A DNA stretch of 64,000 nucleotides from the NCBI RefSeq assembly GCF_009914755.1, contig NC_060927.1. One strand, given 5' to 3'. The DNA is from the human T2T-CHM13v2.0 reference genome, Homo sapiens. Of the stretch, positions 14,163 to 27,084 are shown one piece after another. The notes under the pieces were generated by a model. It saw only the letters and a list, made by a program, of their open reading frames with translations, was not told where the DNA came from and made no database searches. Position numbers and translations under genes: made by a program. Each line of letters begins with the position of its first letter. The stretch's first letter is position 1.

Positions 14163-14220
14163 ATAATATTGATTAACATATTGTCTTAAATATTGTCTTA
14201 AATATGTTGATCAATATTAT
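14163..14220. repeat. AT-rich inverted repeat (20-bp arms) with a 12-bp tandem duplication in the loop
   Basis: ATAATATTGATTAACATATT and AATATGTTGATCAATATTAT are complementary at 19/20; ATATTGTCTTAA x2 at 14178-14201. Confidence 0.9.
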
Positions 14221-14898
14221 GAATAATATTTTAAAAAGTTGAGCTAAAAATAGCCTTGAAATACTTCTGAAATTTTTCATTGATCAATTGGAAACACTGG
14301 CTTAACAGAATACCTGGGTGTAATAGCAGGTTCCCTGTTTATCAAGTAAGTCCATTTAATAAGATTCTTGTGTTATTGTTGAGAAATAGATATAATTAAT
14401 GCATTAAAACCTAAAGGACTCAAAATAAACATTATCTTAATGTTTATTTCTCTTTAAAAATAAAATGAAAACTGTGCCTAAAAGTGGGATGAAAATAGCC
14501 ATGGAAGTGGTGTTTTTTCATATGAAAATATTAAAAATGACTTAAATGTATTAAAATACTAAAGCCCTAATGTTAAGCTTTGAGATATCCTGTTCTGTTA
14601 TTGTAATTACAGTGGACACACAACTCAGAATATAATAAAAAATGCCTACCATAACATATAACCCATAGGTACTTGAATAAAGAGTTTAATAAGTTATAAT
14701 TTATTGAATAATTAAGTTTTATCGGCTTTATGCTAAGTGTTCTCCATACACTCTTTCTAATCCTTCTAATAATGCTGTAAGGTAATATTAAATAACTTTT
14801 TCAAGTCAAGAAGTTGTAAACTGTATAACCAGGGTAGACCCTCAATATATTTGCTAACTTTGGAATAGTCAATCAATTTCATGGAGAAACATATGTAA

Positions 14899-15541
14899 TG
14901 TCTTAATCAGTTTAGGCATCTATAACAAAGTACCATAGACCATGGACATATAAGCAACAGAAAATTATTTCTCACAGTTCTAGATAGTGGGAAATCCAAG
15001 GTCATGGTGCCAGGATATTTGGATTCTGCTGAGGAGCCTCTTCTGAGTTGAAGACTGTCAGTCTCTCATTGTATGCTTGCACGGTGGAGTATGGGCTACA
15101 GAGCTGTGGGGTCTCTATTAAGCAGGTGCGAATCCCATCCATGAGGACTCCACCTTCGTGAACTCATCGCTTCCCAAAGGCCCCGTGATCTTTTCGTTTG
15201 TTTGTTTCAGGGTCTCATTCTGTCACCAAGGCTGGAGTGCAGTGGCACAATCACAGCTCGCTGCAGCCTTGACCTCCTGGGCTCAAGTCATCCTCCCACC
15301 TCAGCCCCTGAGTAGCTGAGACTACAGGTGTGTACCATCATGCCCAGCTAATTTTTGTAGTTTTTTTGCAGAGATGGAGTTTTGCCATGTTGCCCAGGCT
15401 GGCCTTGAACTCCTGGGCTCAAACGACATTCTCACCTGGGCTTCCCAAAGATCTGGGCGTCACATCTTTAATACCATCACATTGTGGGTTAGGATTTCAA
15501 CATATGAATGTTGGAAGAACACAATCATTCAGTCCATAAGA
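14899..15541 (-). mobile_element. MLT1A-type (MaLR) solo LTR, split by an AluJ
   Basis: TGTCTTAaTCAGTTTAGG...ATTTCTCACAGTTCT...CCCAAAGGCCCC | AATACCATCACATTG..GGTTAGGATTTCAACATATGAAT...ATTCAGTCCATA. Confidence 0.88.
15191..15457 (-). mobile_element. AluJ lacking about 30 nt of its 5' end, nested in MLT1A
   Basis: Antisense Alu with AluJ diagnostics (GCAGCCTTGACCTCCTGGGCTCAAG; TTGCCCAGGCTGG). Confidence 0.9.
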
Positions 15542-16759
15542 AATATTTTAAAGACTCTATTGATTATATTTTAAACAGAAGGCTCTACTTTAGGCAAACC
15601 TACATTAAATTATTAAGGCTTAATGTTTGTCTTATCTCAGAGTGGATGTAAACAAATTTTAAATGAATCAGAGATAAGTATTTAATTTTAGATGCTATAC
15701 ACACTTTATATTTAATCTTTATAAAATTTAAGCTAGACTGTAGAATTTGGTTACATTTGTCACCTCATATATACTTGGAATTTTGAAGCTGAGAATTGAA
15801 ATTCTCTATGTAAAGCTATAATGAAAATAAAGGTAGTTGAAGGAGTTGATTAAGCTAAACTTAAATATTATCCCCCAATATAATATGTAACTACCTGTTA
15901 AATTCTAGCATCTTAAGGAAGAACATCTAGAATCTTTTCCTTTGTCACTGCCAGATGCAAAATAAATAATCCTCATTGTCATGCTTCAGTTGCAGGTCAG
16001 TTTGTAAAGTTCATTTAAGTGGGCACTGAATAAATGCAGCTTTTTTTTTTCTTGAGTTCAGATGTGTCAAAAATTGTAAAGTATTGCTAGTGTGTTTTTT
16101 TCTATAGGGGTATTTACATTTGGAAATTTTTATTCACACATTTTCTTATGAATTTAGATTATCTCTAAAATGCCTAAGTGATTAGTAACAATAATAGTTA
16201 ACATTCATTGGACACTTTGTAGCAGGCATGTTCCAAGTATTTTATACATGCTATCTTTTGTGCTCTGATTGCTTTTATTTGTGCTAGTATCATCTTTTGC
16301 TTAGATAACTTATTAGTTTAGATGTGCAATAGGATACTATATATGTACACACTCAATACAAACTCAATACACATTAGTTCCTTTTCCTCTTCGTCATTTA
16401 TTCAAAGTTGCAGACTGCAATTCAGCAAGAATTGCAAGAGGATGAAGTCTGAGGTTTCCTTCTTCAAAAGCAAAACACTATAGTGATAGCCTAGAATGAT
16501 ATGAACCCTATAATAAGCAAGTTTAGAGACAAGGACAATCTATTGTAGCTTAAACTGCATTTTGTTTCTACAAGTAGGACTGATTCCTTTTTCACAGGCA
16601 GATCAAAACAGAGAAAGGAGACGGGCTAGATATTTGGGATTGCTCTCCTTAAAATGCATGGGTCCATGTCCGTAAATATACCAAAACCAAGCACATAACT
16701 TGGGTATAATATGGTAGATTAACTATATACATTATTGCTCATACTTATTAGCTGAGGTA

Positions 16760-16928
16760 AGTAGTTTCAAATTTTAGCAGGTATCAGAATCACCCAGTTT
16801 TTGAGCTCTAAATCTAGAATTTCTGATTCAGCATAATTGGCTCTGGAAATCAAGCACTTCCATTTTTAAAAGGTCCTAAGATGCTACTAATTCTACTGGT
16901 CCAGGGATCACAATCTCAAACCCAATGG
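16760..16928. mobile_element. MER5A hAT MITE
   Basis: ATCAGAATCACC...TTTCTGATTCAG...CTGGTCCAGGGATCACA motifs. Confidence 0.7.
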
Positions 16929-17929
16929 TTTAGATAATTTGCATAGAATTTGAACTAATAGCTGCTGTGGCTTTGCTTTACTTAAACAAATTATGCTATC
17001 AATCAGACTTAACCTAGGTGCTCAGGTGGTTTCTACACAGGCCATACAAACCCCTTGGTATCAGGTACTATGGTAATACAAATAGTATATACACAGTCTT
17101 CTTTCTGAAAAAACATTCAGGTTAAAGGAGGGCAAAATCTAATTTTCAGATTTAGATGGAGAGTCAACATATGCCATAATTGGAAACCAACAAGTATACG
17201 TTAGTATTTTAAATTCCATAAATATACTGAGCATTATGGGAGCATAAATGAGAGGCAAGCAGCCCACTCTGGGAGGTCAAGAATGGCATCAAGAATGAAA
17301 AGATCTTGAAAAGAGTCTTGGAGATTGTAAGAGAAGGAGGCATCACATAGACTAGGAAAAGGGAATAGACCCTAATACTGTTCCTGACAAATGCCTTACC
17401 TGCTAGGAAAGACAACTAGGTGAGAGAGTGCAAATGGGATCCACAAATTGGATTCCCTTCACTAGAAAATATAACTCAAAATTTATTTCCTATATATGGA
17501 CAGCAGGCTAATAATAGTAACCATTTGGCCGTATATTGGTTAGTTTGCCTATCAGCTTTTTCTGAGCACTGTATATTTTTTTCTATTCACATCCTTTCAG
17601 ACGGGTTGACATATAACGGGTATTCAACAAATATTTCAGGAATGAAGAAATGGAAGAAGGGATATAAAAAACTATACTTTTAAGATAATTCTTGTTTTAT
17701 AGCACTTCCTAAAGCAAAAACAAAATAAAATGGACACAATTAATCATGAATACATTTCAAATTTGCATCAATTTGTTAATCTTTTAAATCTATACCAACT
17801 GGTAAATGTATAGGGAAAATTTTGATTGCTTTGCTTTAGGATATCCTTCAGTTATAATTTTAGAATTTCATTTTGTTATGTTTTTAATATTATATTATTT
17901 AAAAAATGCTTACATGCTTCAAATTGTAG

Positions 17930-18236
<307 letters not shown>

Positions 18237-19110
18237 TAAACTGTAACATTTTAATGGTAGTATAATGTCATTTTTGAGGTGATATATCTGCACTAATTTC
18301 CAATTAAAATGATGAATTAAATGTATCATTAGCTTATTAAGCATTCATTTGCACAGAAAACTATCTATGCATGCGTGTGTTCATGCATGCATTTACTAAT
18401 TATATCATCAATTCTGAAGCCAAATACAAATGGAGATTGTTAAATATCATTTGTAGAGGGACATAGTATCATACATAAGATTGAAGTTATGCTACTCTTA
18501 ATATAGAACTGACCATCATTTACTTGAGTTTATAAACCGACCATATCTTTCGATATCATATACAAATATAAATTTATTCTTTATCACTATTTTTAGAATT
18601 AACTTTTGGAAATCCAAGCTTTCCTTCCATTAGGAAAGCCCAGGTGTAACTACAGTAGCCAGTTAGTTTTGCCCAGCAGTGGCAGTTCAAGTTGCAAATT
18701 ACGCATTTTCCTTAACCCAGTAGTATAGATGTATGCCCCCCGAGTAGTGTTAATCTGTTTATTGCTTTAGTAAATCCTAAGCATTTGCTCAACTACCATA
18801 ATTCTTTAGAGAAGACAAGTTCCTACAAAGACTGCACATGTGTACCAACTGCAGTGGTCAAAAATAAGTTTTTTTTTTAACTGTGAAATTTTAACAGTTG
18901 CTGTCTAAATAATCGAATCAATAAAAAACCCAGTGGGTAGTTTAATGAAAAATCTTAACTAAAAATCCGGACACCCATGCCGTCCTTTCAAATTGACCTC
19001 ACACTGGCCATAAGCCTTTAGGTGAAGAACAATTTTGATGTGCCTGTACTCTAATAATGCCTGTTCTACAATCTCAGGAAGATTAATGTGGAGAGTTTGG
19101 TAACTGAAAA

Positions 19111-19900
19111 GATTCAATAGTTCAACAAAAATTTATTTTGCACCTGCTATCTACGAGGCACTGAATAGCCAACAGCAAATTAGAGAGAAGTTTTCTGGTC
19201 TCATAGAGATATAGAGACCACTCTTACAAGGTTGATGTACAGAAATGGAATCATCAATATATAAATAAAATGACTGCAGCAAGTGATTAACACCGTAGGA
19301 TCTCTAAATTATATGTGACAAGGTGGGAAGGGGAGGAAGGGTGTAGTTACTTTAGATGAAATCTTTGGGGAGTGACACTAAATTTGAAACCTCAATGACA
19401 AGAGAGAGTTCTGGAAGAGATTACTTATCAGGAGAAACAAAAACAAAACAAAACAAACAGACAAAAAAAGCTTGGAATGGATCTTGAGGCCTGGAAAGAG
19501 AGGGAAAGAGAAAGAGAGGTGGCCTCATAGCCAGTGCACAGTGAACTCAAGAGAGAACAGACCAGGTTAAGGGCAGAATGGAAGTTAGAATTATGTTCAT
19601 GCAACACATTGTAGCCCAAGTGAAAACATGAGAATGTCAACCATTGTTCAATAGGACTCCACATGGTTTAAACAAAGAGTTTTACGTTCTGATGTATGCT
19701 TTAGGAAAAGATAGTGTGTGGCATCCGTGCAGAGAATGGCTCTCAGGGAGACAAGAATACAAAGAGCCCAGAGTGGAAAGTATAGTCTTCGAGTTGAGAG
19801 TTGATGGTTACTCCCAGGTGCAGTGTACATGCAGAGCATGGACAGAGTCAATAGTGGAAGGATTGAGAACCATTTTAGAGACAGAATAGTTGAGACTGAT
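19111..19900 (-). mobile_element. Degraded L2 fragments
   Basis: TTCAACAAAAATTTATT..GCACCTGCTAT 3' end and purine-rich L2-like body. Confidence 0.55.
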
Positions 19901-20375
19901 TCTCCGATTACGTGGATTATCCCTCAGAGCGCATATGTGAATTAAATGAGAATATATTGGTGTAAATTCTATAAACACTGAATCATAGTTATAAAGTTAG
20001 TATTATTACTTTGATTTATACAAAGGTAATTTTTACTTGAATGTGCAAATTTGGGCATTTTAATATTTTAAACTTTCTCCCGGCCAACAGGTCTCTACAT
20101 TGAACTTCTTGGAATACTGCTTGAATATCCTGGTTTAGTAAATCCAATAGGAAGCCTCAAATGACCTCACACAATATTCCTACACATTGTTTTATTTCAT
20201 TCTTCACCCCTCAAAAAAGACAAGTGTCAGTACACTCTGAGGAAAGTATGATGAACCATGTAAATGAAATCCTGAAAATGTATCAAATCTTTTCTGCAAA
20301 AGGTAAAGCAATATTTTCTCATTGTCAAGATTATTTTCTGTGAAAAAAATATCACATGCAAATATTAACGTAATG

Positions 20376-21371
20376 TGTCGTGGGAAGTCAGGGACCCCAA
20401 ACGGAGGGACCGGCTGAAGCCATGGCAGAAGAACGTGGATTGTGAAGATTTCATGGACATTTATTCATTCCCCAAATTAATACTTTTATAATTTCTTATG
20501 CCTGTCTTTACTGCAATCTCTAAACATAAATTGTGAAGATTTCATGGACACTTATCACTTCCCCAAGTGATTTCCTATGCCCATCTTTACTTTAATCTCT
20601 GCACAAATTGTAGAGCATGTGTGTTTGAACAATATGAAATCTGGGCACCTTGAAAAAAGAACAGGATAACAGCAATGTTTAGGAAACAAGAGAGATAACC
20701 TTAAACTCTGACCACCGGTGAGCTGGGCGGAACAGAGCCATATTTCTCTTCTTTGAAAAGCAAATGGGAGAAATATCGCTGAATTCTTTTTCTCAGCAAG
20801 GAACATCCCTGGGAAAGAGAATATGCGCCTGGGGGTGGGTCTATAGATGGCCCCCCTGGGTGTGGCCGTCTACTATGGTCGAGGCTGTAGGGGTGAAATA
20901 GACCCCAGTCTCCCATAGAGCTCCCAGGCTTATTAGGAAGAGGAAATTCCCGCCTAATAAATTTTGGTCAGACCGGTTGCTCTCAAAACCCTGTCTCCTG
21001 ATAAGATGTTATCCATGACAATGATGCCCGAAACTTCATTAGCAATTTTAATTTCTCCCCGGTCCTGTGGTCCTGTGAACTCGCCCTGCCTCCATTTGCC
21101 TTGTGATATTCTATTACCTTGTGAAGCAGGTGATCTCTGTGACCCACACCCTGTTCGTACACTCCCTCCCCTTTTGAAAATCCGTAATAAAAACTTGCTG
21201 GTTTTGCAGCTTGTGGGGCATCACGGAACCTGCCGACATGTGATGTCTCCCCCAGACGACCAGCTTTAAAATTTCTCTCTTTTGTACTCTGGCCCTTTAT
21301 TTCTCAAACAGGCCGATGCTTAGGAAAAATAGAAAAGAACCTATGTGACTATCAGGGCAGGTTCCCCAATA
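20376..21371 (+). mobile_element. Solo MER11C LTR (HERVK11/HML-8)
   Basis: TGTcGtGGGAAGTCAGGGACCCCAAACGGAGGGACCGGCTGAAGCC start; repeated ATTGTGAAGATTTCATGGACA units; AATAAA near 21186; GGCAGGTTCCCCaATA end; perfect 6-bp TSD GTAATG. Confidence 0.95.
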
Positions 21372-21490
21372 GTAATGAAAGGGAATTTGAAGGAGTTTTA
21401 AACGTTTGAAAGGTAAGCATAAAAGAAAATTAAGAAATAAGGGATATGTGAGAGAACCTAAAAAGGAAAACCAATATGAATTGTGAGCTG

Positions 21491-21528
21491 TTAGGTTGAC
21501 ACAAAAGTAATTGTGGTTTTTGCCATTA
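21491..21528. mobile_element. Half MADE1 (single Hsmar1 mariner TIR)
   Basis: TTAGGTTGacaCAAAAGTAATTGtGGTTTTTGCCATTA versus recalled MADE1 TTAGGTTGGTGCAAAAGTAATTGCGGTTTTTGCCATTA, 34/38. Confidence 0.85.
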
Positions 21529-21739
21529 ATACATTGTGGCCTCTCTGTCGGGGACACTGGACAATTTTTCTACTTCACAGTGAAGAAAAATTATTCATTT
21601 GAAATTCTTTAAAACTAAAAGTAAACTTCATTTGTCTTTTTTAAGATTATTGCGTAATTTTGTGATGTTAGGAAACTATATATGATCATACCTCTCAAGA
21701 ATGAATTCAACTAAATGAATATTATTTGTGGGCAGAATG

Positions 21740-21950
21740 ATTTAGGTGGATGAGTGCTGACTGTAGGGCTGAACTTCTTGGGCTCAAATTCAAGCTCTGT
21801 AATTTACTATATTTATAGGAAGTTAAGTCACTTTATCTCTCTAAGCTTCCTTTTAATCCTCAGTAAAAAGGTACGTTATGATGCTCAATTGAGTTCATGC
21901 ATACAAAATACTTAACACATACTTATCACAAAAATATATGATTATTATTT
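21740..21950 (+). mobile_element. MIR SINE remnant
   Basis: GGCTCAAATTCAAGCTCTG..ATTTACTA..AAGTCACTTTATCTCTCTAAGCTTC core. Confidence 0.6.
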
Positions 21951-23480
21951 ACATTACACACAAAAAAACAAATAGGAAGACTTAAGAAAGAAAATTTACG
22001 CAAAATAAGAAGCATTTTAGAATTTCAGGACTTTGCTTTCACTGAAAAATTGTCCAATATTTCATTTGAAGAAAAATACTATGAGTAGGATCAAATAAAA
22101 TACAAGAGACTGACAAGGTCATTATTAAATATAAAATGTATATGCATATAAAATATATAGATATATAAATGTATTTTCAATTGAATATTTACTCAGTAAA
22201 ATATGCACTGGCTGAATATAAATTTATTTCCATTAAAAAAGACTTTAGAGAATACATGTTCAAGAAAATATATCAAGCCTTTGTTACAAAGTGGCTAATG
22301 TATTCGGACTGTTTGACTTTATTTTAAACTTAAACAGACTTCCCGAGTTCCTCAGCTTTATCATCATATTCAAATCATCAAAACATGTACCATAGTCATT
22401 AATCAGATTTTTATAACTGAAGATAGATTCCTCAAAATAAAATTTAAATATATATATATATGTCTGAAGAACAGGAAAATAGGTAATGATGTTCTTTATC
22501 CTGCATGAATAAATCACCAGTTGCTTGTTTTTTGTGTGTGTATTTCAAGCAATACATTTCACAGTAAAATGGTAATGAAGGAAGTAGAAGCCCGTGATCC
22601 ATTCTCTAGTCCTCATCAATCCTTAACTAAGGGCTTATTCTTTGGGAATGATGCATATGACAGCCAAAAACCAACAGACAAAATCTGCTTCTTTTCAATG
22701 CTTGTCAACAATGCAATAATGGAAATAGCACGCCACTACATGAAACAGAGTATTAAGGATCTGATCATATTTCATTTGCTTTGGTATACTGTAACAAGTT
22801 AAATTTCCTATATAATACATTAGACATAATGAGTAAATTCCAGCTTTGTCATTTAAATAGATATGTAGAAATAAGAGCTATTAACCAAGTATATTTTCTC
22901 AAAATTTTGCAAAACATGTAAAATATGACATTAATTAAATATGTATAGCTTTTAGGCAACACAAAACTGATGGGTTCATTAGGACAATTCTTTTTTAATA
23001 ATATGAAAGTTACATTACAAATATCATTATAAACTATTTCAATGAAAGGAGTTAGATCTAGCAAAGGTTTTACTTTAAGTGCAAATGCATCATTAAAACA
23101 GAGCCAGCTGTATTAACGCACATAAACTCCCTCTGTAACATGCTCTAATTTATACTGCCATCTTTCAAAAAATAATATATGAAGAGGACAGTTGGAAGCC
23201 TCAGTAAGAACATTCGCTAAATATCAATCTTGTTTTTCTTAGTTCTCAATCTTAAATACAGGGAAAATTTTAATATTTAAAATAAAATGCATTTTAAATT
23301 CATTTACCACAATTTTTCCAAAACACTGGCAGGGTGTTTGATTTGAAGTCATGCTTAGGAGTTGTATCGAGGCAGAATATTAAATAAAACTCTTGAAAAC
23401 CATAATACAATTTTATGCACATAATGTCAATCTATAATAGAGTTCTATAATCCATGATTTTAAAAACATATCAGATTATA

Positions 23481-23801
23481 TTTTTTAAAAAATTTCAATA
23501 GTTTTGGGGGAACATGGGTTTTTTTGGCTATATGGGTAAGTTCTTTAGTGGTAATTTCTGAGATTTTGATGCACCCACCACACGAGCAGAGTACACTGTA
23601 CCCAACGTGTAGGCTTTTATCCCTCACCCTCTCCCACCTTTCCCCCGTCACCCCCCTCCCATCTTTCACCCAGAATTCCCAAAGTCTATTGTATCATTCT
23701 AATGCCTTTGTGTCCTCATAGCTTAGCTCCAACTAAGTGAGAACATACGATATTAGGTTTCCATTCCTGAGTTACTTAACTTAGAATAATGGTTTTCAAA
23801 C
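23481..23801 (-). mobile_element. L1PB-type LINE-1 3' end
   Basis: AAGTTCTTTAGTGGTaATTTCTGAGATTTTG...CATAGCTTAGCTCC...TTCCATTCCTGAGTTACTT; internal ~25-bp duplication of the C-rich tract. Confidence 0.9.
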
Positions 23802-23879
23802 TGAATGAGGTTTGAGATTCTGGATTTCTAAGGATAGAAGGCGTCATAAAAGACATCCGGTACAATTTTACTTCATTTG

Positions 23880-24790
23880 TGAGAATCTGCTCTTCAACAG
23901 GTAATTTTACAGATTTTGGAGGCACTACCTCTTTTATGGCTAGGCCATTTCACAGTTGTACTATTTCCTTATTAGAAACACTTCCTTATATTTTGTCAAA
24001 AGCTATTTTCTCATTGGTTCCAGTTCTCTCTTTGGACAATAAAATAATCTGTCTATTCTCGCTTCCACATGGCAAATCTTGAAAAAAATTCAGAGAGTTA
24101 GCCTTCCTACTCTAAAGCTTTACTAATCTAGGTCAATTGTTCCTAGTTCTCTCAAACATTTCTCAAGTTACTAGGTAACAGAACACCCTCCCATGTGGAC
24201 TCATCAATGCTGTCAATATTCCTCTCATCGTGTGTGACTCATAACAAGCCAAATGTTTAACTGTAGTTTACCATCTCCCTTAACAAGTGAAGTTAAAAAT
24301 CCTGGTTCTGGAATGATGCCATCATTTTCAGTTGGAAATTAATTTGTTTTCTTATAAAATAGAAATAATGACTTCTTGTTTTTCAAAATATGTCAGCTCT
24401 GCCTAGCCCACAGAATTGTGGTATGTATCAAATAACAAAATACAACTGATAGTGCTTTGAAAATTGTAAAGCACTATCAAAGTGTGGGGTAGAGATGCTG
24501 TTATTATTTTTAGCATTCTCTTAAAGATTAATTCAGTTGTTTTCTTTATCAAATCCAGTTGAATTTCCACTCTTTATTCAGGAACTATTGTTAAGTGAGA
24601 TAGAATAATACAAATTCTTTATTGTCTAGTAAATCTCAAGCAACGTATTAATACTTTACCTGTAATATTTTATTTAATGGACATAACCTTGTGGAGGTAG
24701 TACAATTAATTCTATTTTACCTATTAGAGAATTCCCAAGATTATATACGTATTCTTATTAAATTTCCCCTGTTGGATTCAGATCACTGTT
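23880..24790 (-). mobile_element. L3/CR1 LINE remnants (discontinuous)
   Basis: CTTCCTTATATT..CATTGGTTCCAGTTCT..CTTCCACATG and TTAAATTTCCCCTGTTGGATTCAG resemble the CR1/L3 antisense core. Confidence 0.55.
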
Positions 24791-25044
24791 CTCTGGACCA
24801 GTAAACTCCAGATATTTTTACTGGAACTCGCAGATGGTAAAAACAATTGAGCCACATTTCAATAACCTTATATAATTTTGTTTATAAATTATATGTACTA
24901 ATATCCTGATTTGTACACTAGTAAAATTAGTAATTTAAAAGGGTGATCTAACTATAAATGGAAATTCTAAAATTTTCTCACTGTGGAATATCTTTCTATC
25001 CTTAAAAATGTGTGTATGTGGCAGTGGAGGCGGGGAGGTTTAGG

Positions 25045-25193
25045 CAACATGCATGGCACATGTATACATATGTAACCTGCACATTGTGCACATGTACCCT
25101 AGAACTTAAAGTATAATATGTATATATATGTATATATATATATATATATAAAGAATTTATTTCCTCAAAAAATAAATAAATAAATAAATAAAA
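25045..25193 (+). mobile_element. Very short L1PA 3' terminus, (TA)n tract and second A-rich tail
   Basis: CATGGCACATGTATACATATGTAAC--CTGCACATTGTGCACATGTACCCTAGAACTTAAAGTATAAT is the young L1PA end. Confidence 0.9.
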
Positions 25194-25215
25194 CATCCCA
25201 ACAATTCTTCTACAC

Positions 25216-25564
25216 CACAGTTTGGCAAACTAAGACTCAAAGGTTAAATCTGGCCATAGAATATTTTTCTACAGTCCATAAACTCATAATGGTTTTTATA
25301 TTTACAAATGGTTGACAGAAGGCAAAAGAAGAATACTATTTTGTGATATGTGAAAATTATATGAAATGAAAATTGTATAATTGTATTACAAATTTTTATT
25401 GGAACACAGAACTGCTTTTTTTCACCCTGTCTATGGCTACTTTCATCCTGTAACTACAGACATGAGTATTTGTGACAAAGTTTGTATGGCCTGCCAAGCC
25501 TAAAATATTTGCTCTCTGGAACTTAGGGAAAAAAAAAAAAAAAAAAAAAAGCTTGCAACCCCTG
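25216..25564. mobile_element. MER58B hAT-Charlie MITE with an expanded A22 tract
   Basis: TTGGCAAACT...AATGGTTTTTATATTT...TTTTATTGGAACACAG...GCCTAAAATATTT...TTGCaACCCCTG. Confidence 0.85.
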
Positions 25565-26716
25565 CTGTAGACCAATGAAATCTTGTTTTTCGTAGAAATA
25601 TAATGACAGTCATTGGAAATAAGACATTTTGTAGTTAAAGGGACTGGCCTTATAGTTTGAAACTCAGGCTTCTATTTCTTTCTCTCACTAGCTGCACATC
25701 TCTTGGAAATGATCTTTGCTTTCTGGTCCTTCAGGTCTGCATTTGTGAAATAACATTGGATTATATGAGCCCTCTGTGCTTGAAAGTTCATCAATTTTAT
25801 GTCCCTGAAATGTGCCATGCATATACAAATACATCTGATATACATGCACCACAACAAGAACCGGACATGTATGGCTCAGAGTCTTTCTACACTTGATAGG
25901 ATAACTAACTCTAGTAATATTAAAAATAAATATTTGCATTGATAATACAGTTGGCATCATTCAGTGTAATACTAAGAAATGCATTTTCAAAGTGTTATGC
26001 TTGAAAGAGCAGAACTTTAAGAAAATGAATGCTTCAGCATAAATAAGTTATGACCTCTAAGACCATAAAAATGTAAATCCAGATTTAATGAAGAATTAAA
26101 TACTCTTGAATTCACCATTAAAAAACCCAATTTGATGTTGAATACTATAAAGTTTATTTCACCTTTTAGAAAGCCTTATGAAACATTTTCTAAAGTCTTA
26201 GGTTGCAAAGTAGATTTATTTTACTCATTCAATTTTACTTTTACTCTGAAAAATAATTAAGATAAAACAGTTATATAAGTACAATGTAATATTTAAAACA
26301 AGCCATTTATAAAAGACTTCTGATTGTGTTAATAAATAAAAAGTACTTTTTTAAAAAATAAGTGTTTATGCTCCTTTCAGCATTCTGAATGATTTTTCTG
26401 GATCAGTTTATTATCGGTGGTAACAAAGATTTTAGACCTTCTGATAGAAAGCATGTAATGATGATTGAGAAATTTTTTCAGCCAGAGCAGGTCCAGCTTG
26501 TAAATTATTGCAGAAAAAAAGTGTGTCAAATAACGGAGGTAGATTTTCCAGATGCCTAGGAAATCCCCCGTTCATGTGAAAAACATTTGGACTCTAAATA
26601 AACTCTTGGAGGACAATAGGTTACCAGTTTCTCTGGTCTCACAGACATTGTCTGCTAAAGTATGCTGATGATAATAAAAGAGCATAATTTTCTGCGACAT
26701 TAAGAATGTGACTTTA

Positions 26717-27084
<368 letters not shown>

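Noticed and set aside
22284-22802. Adjacent ORFs in unique sequence
   Set aside because: No recognisable protein similarity or consistent splice sites.
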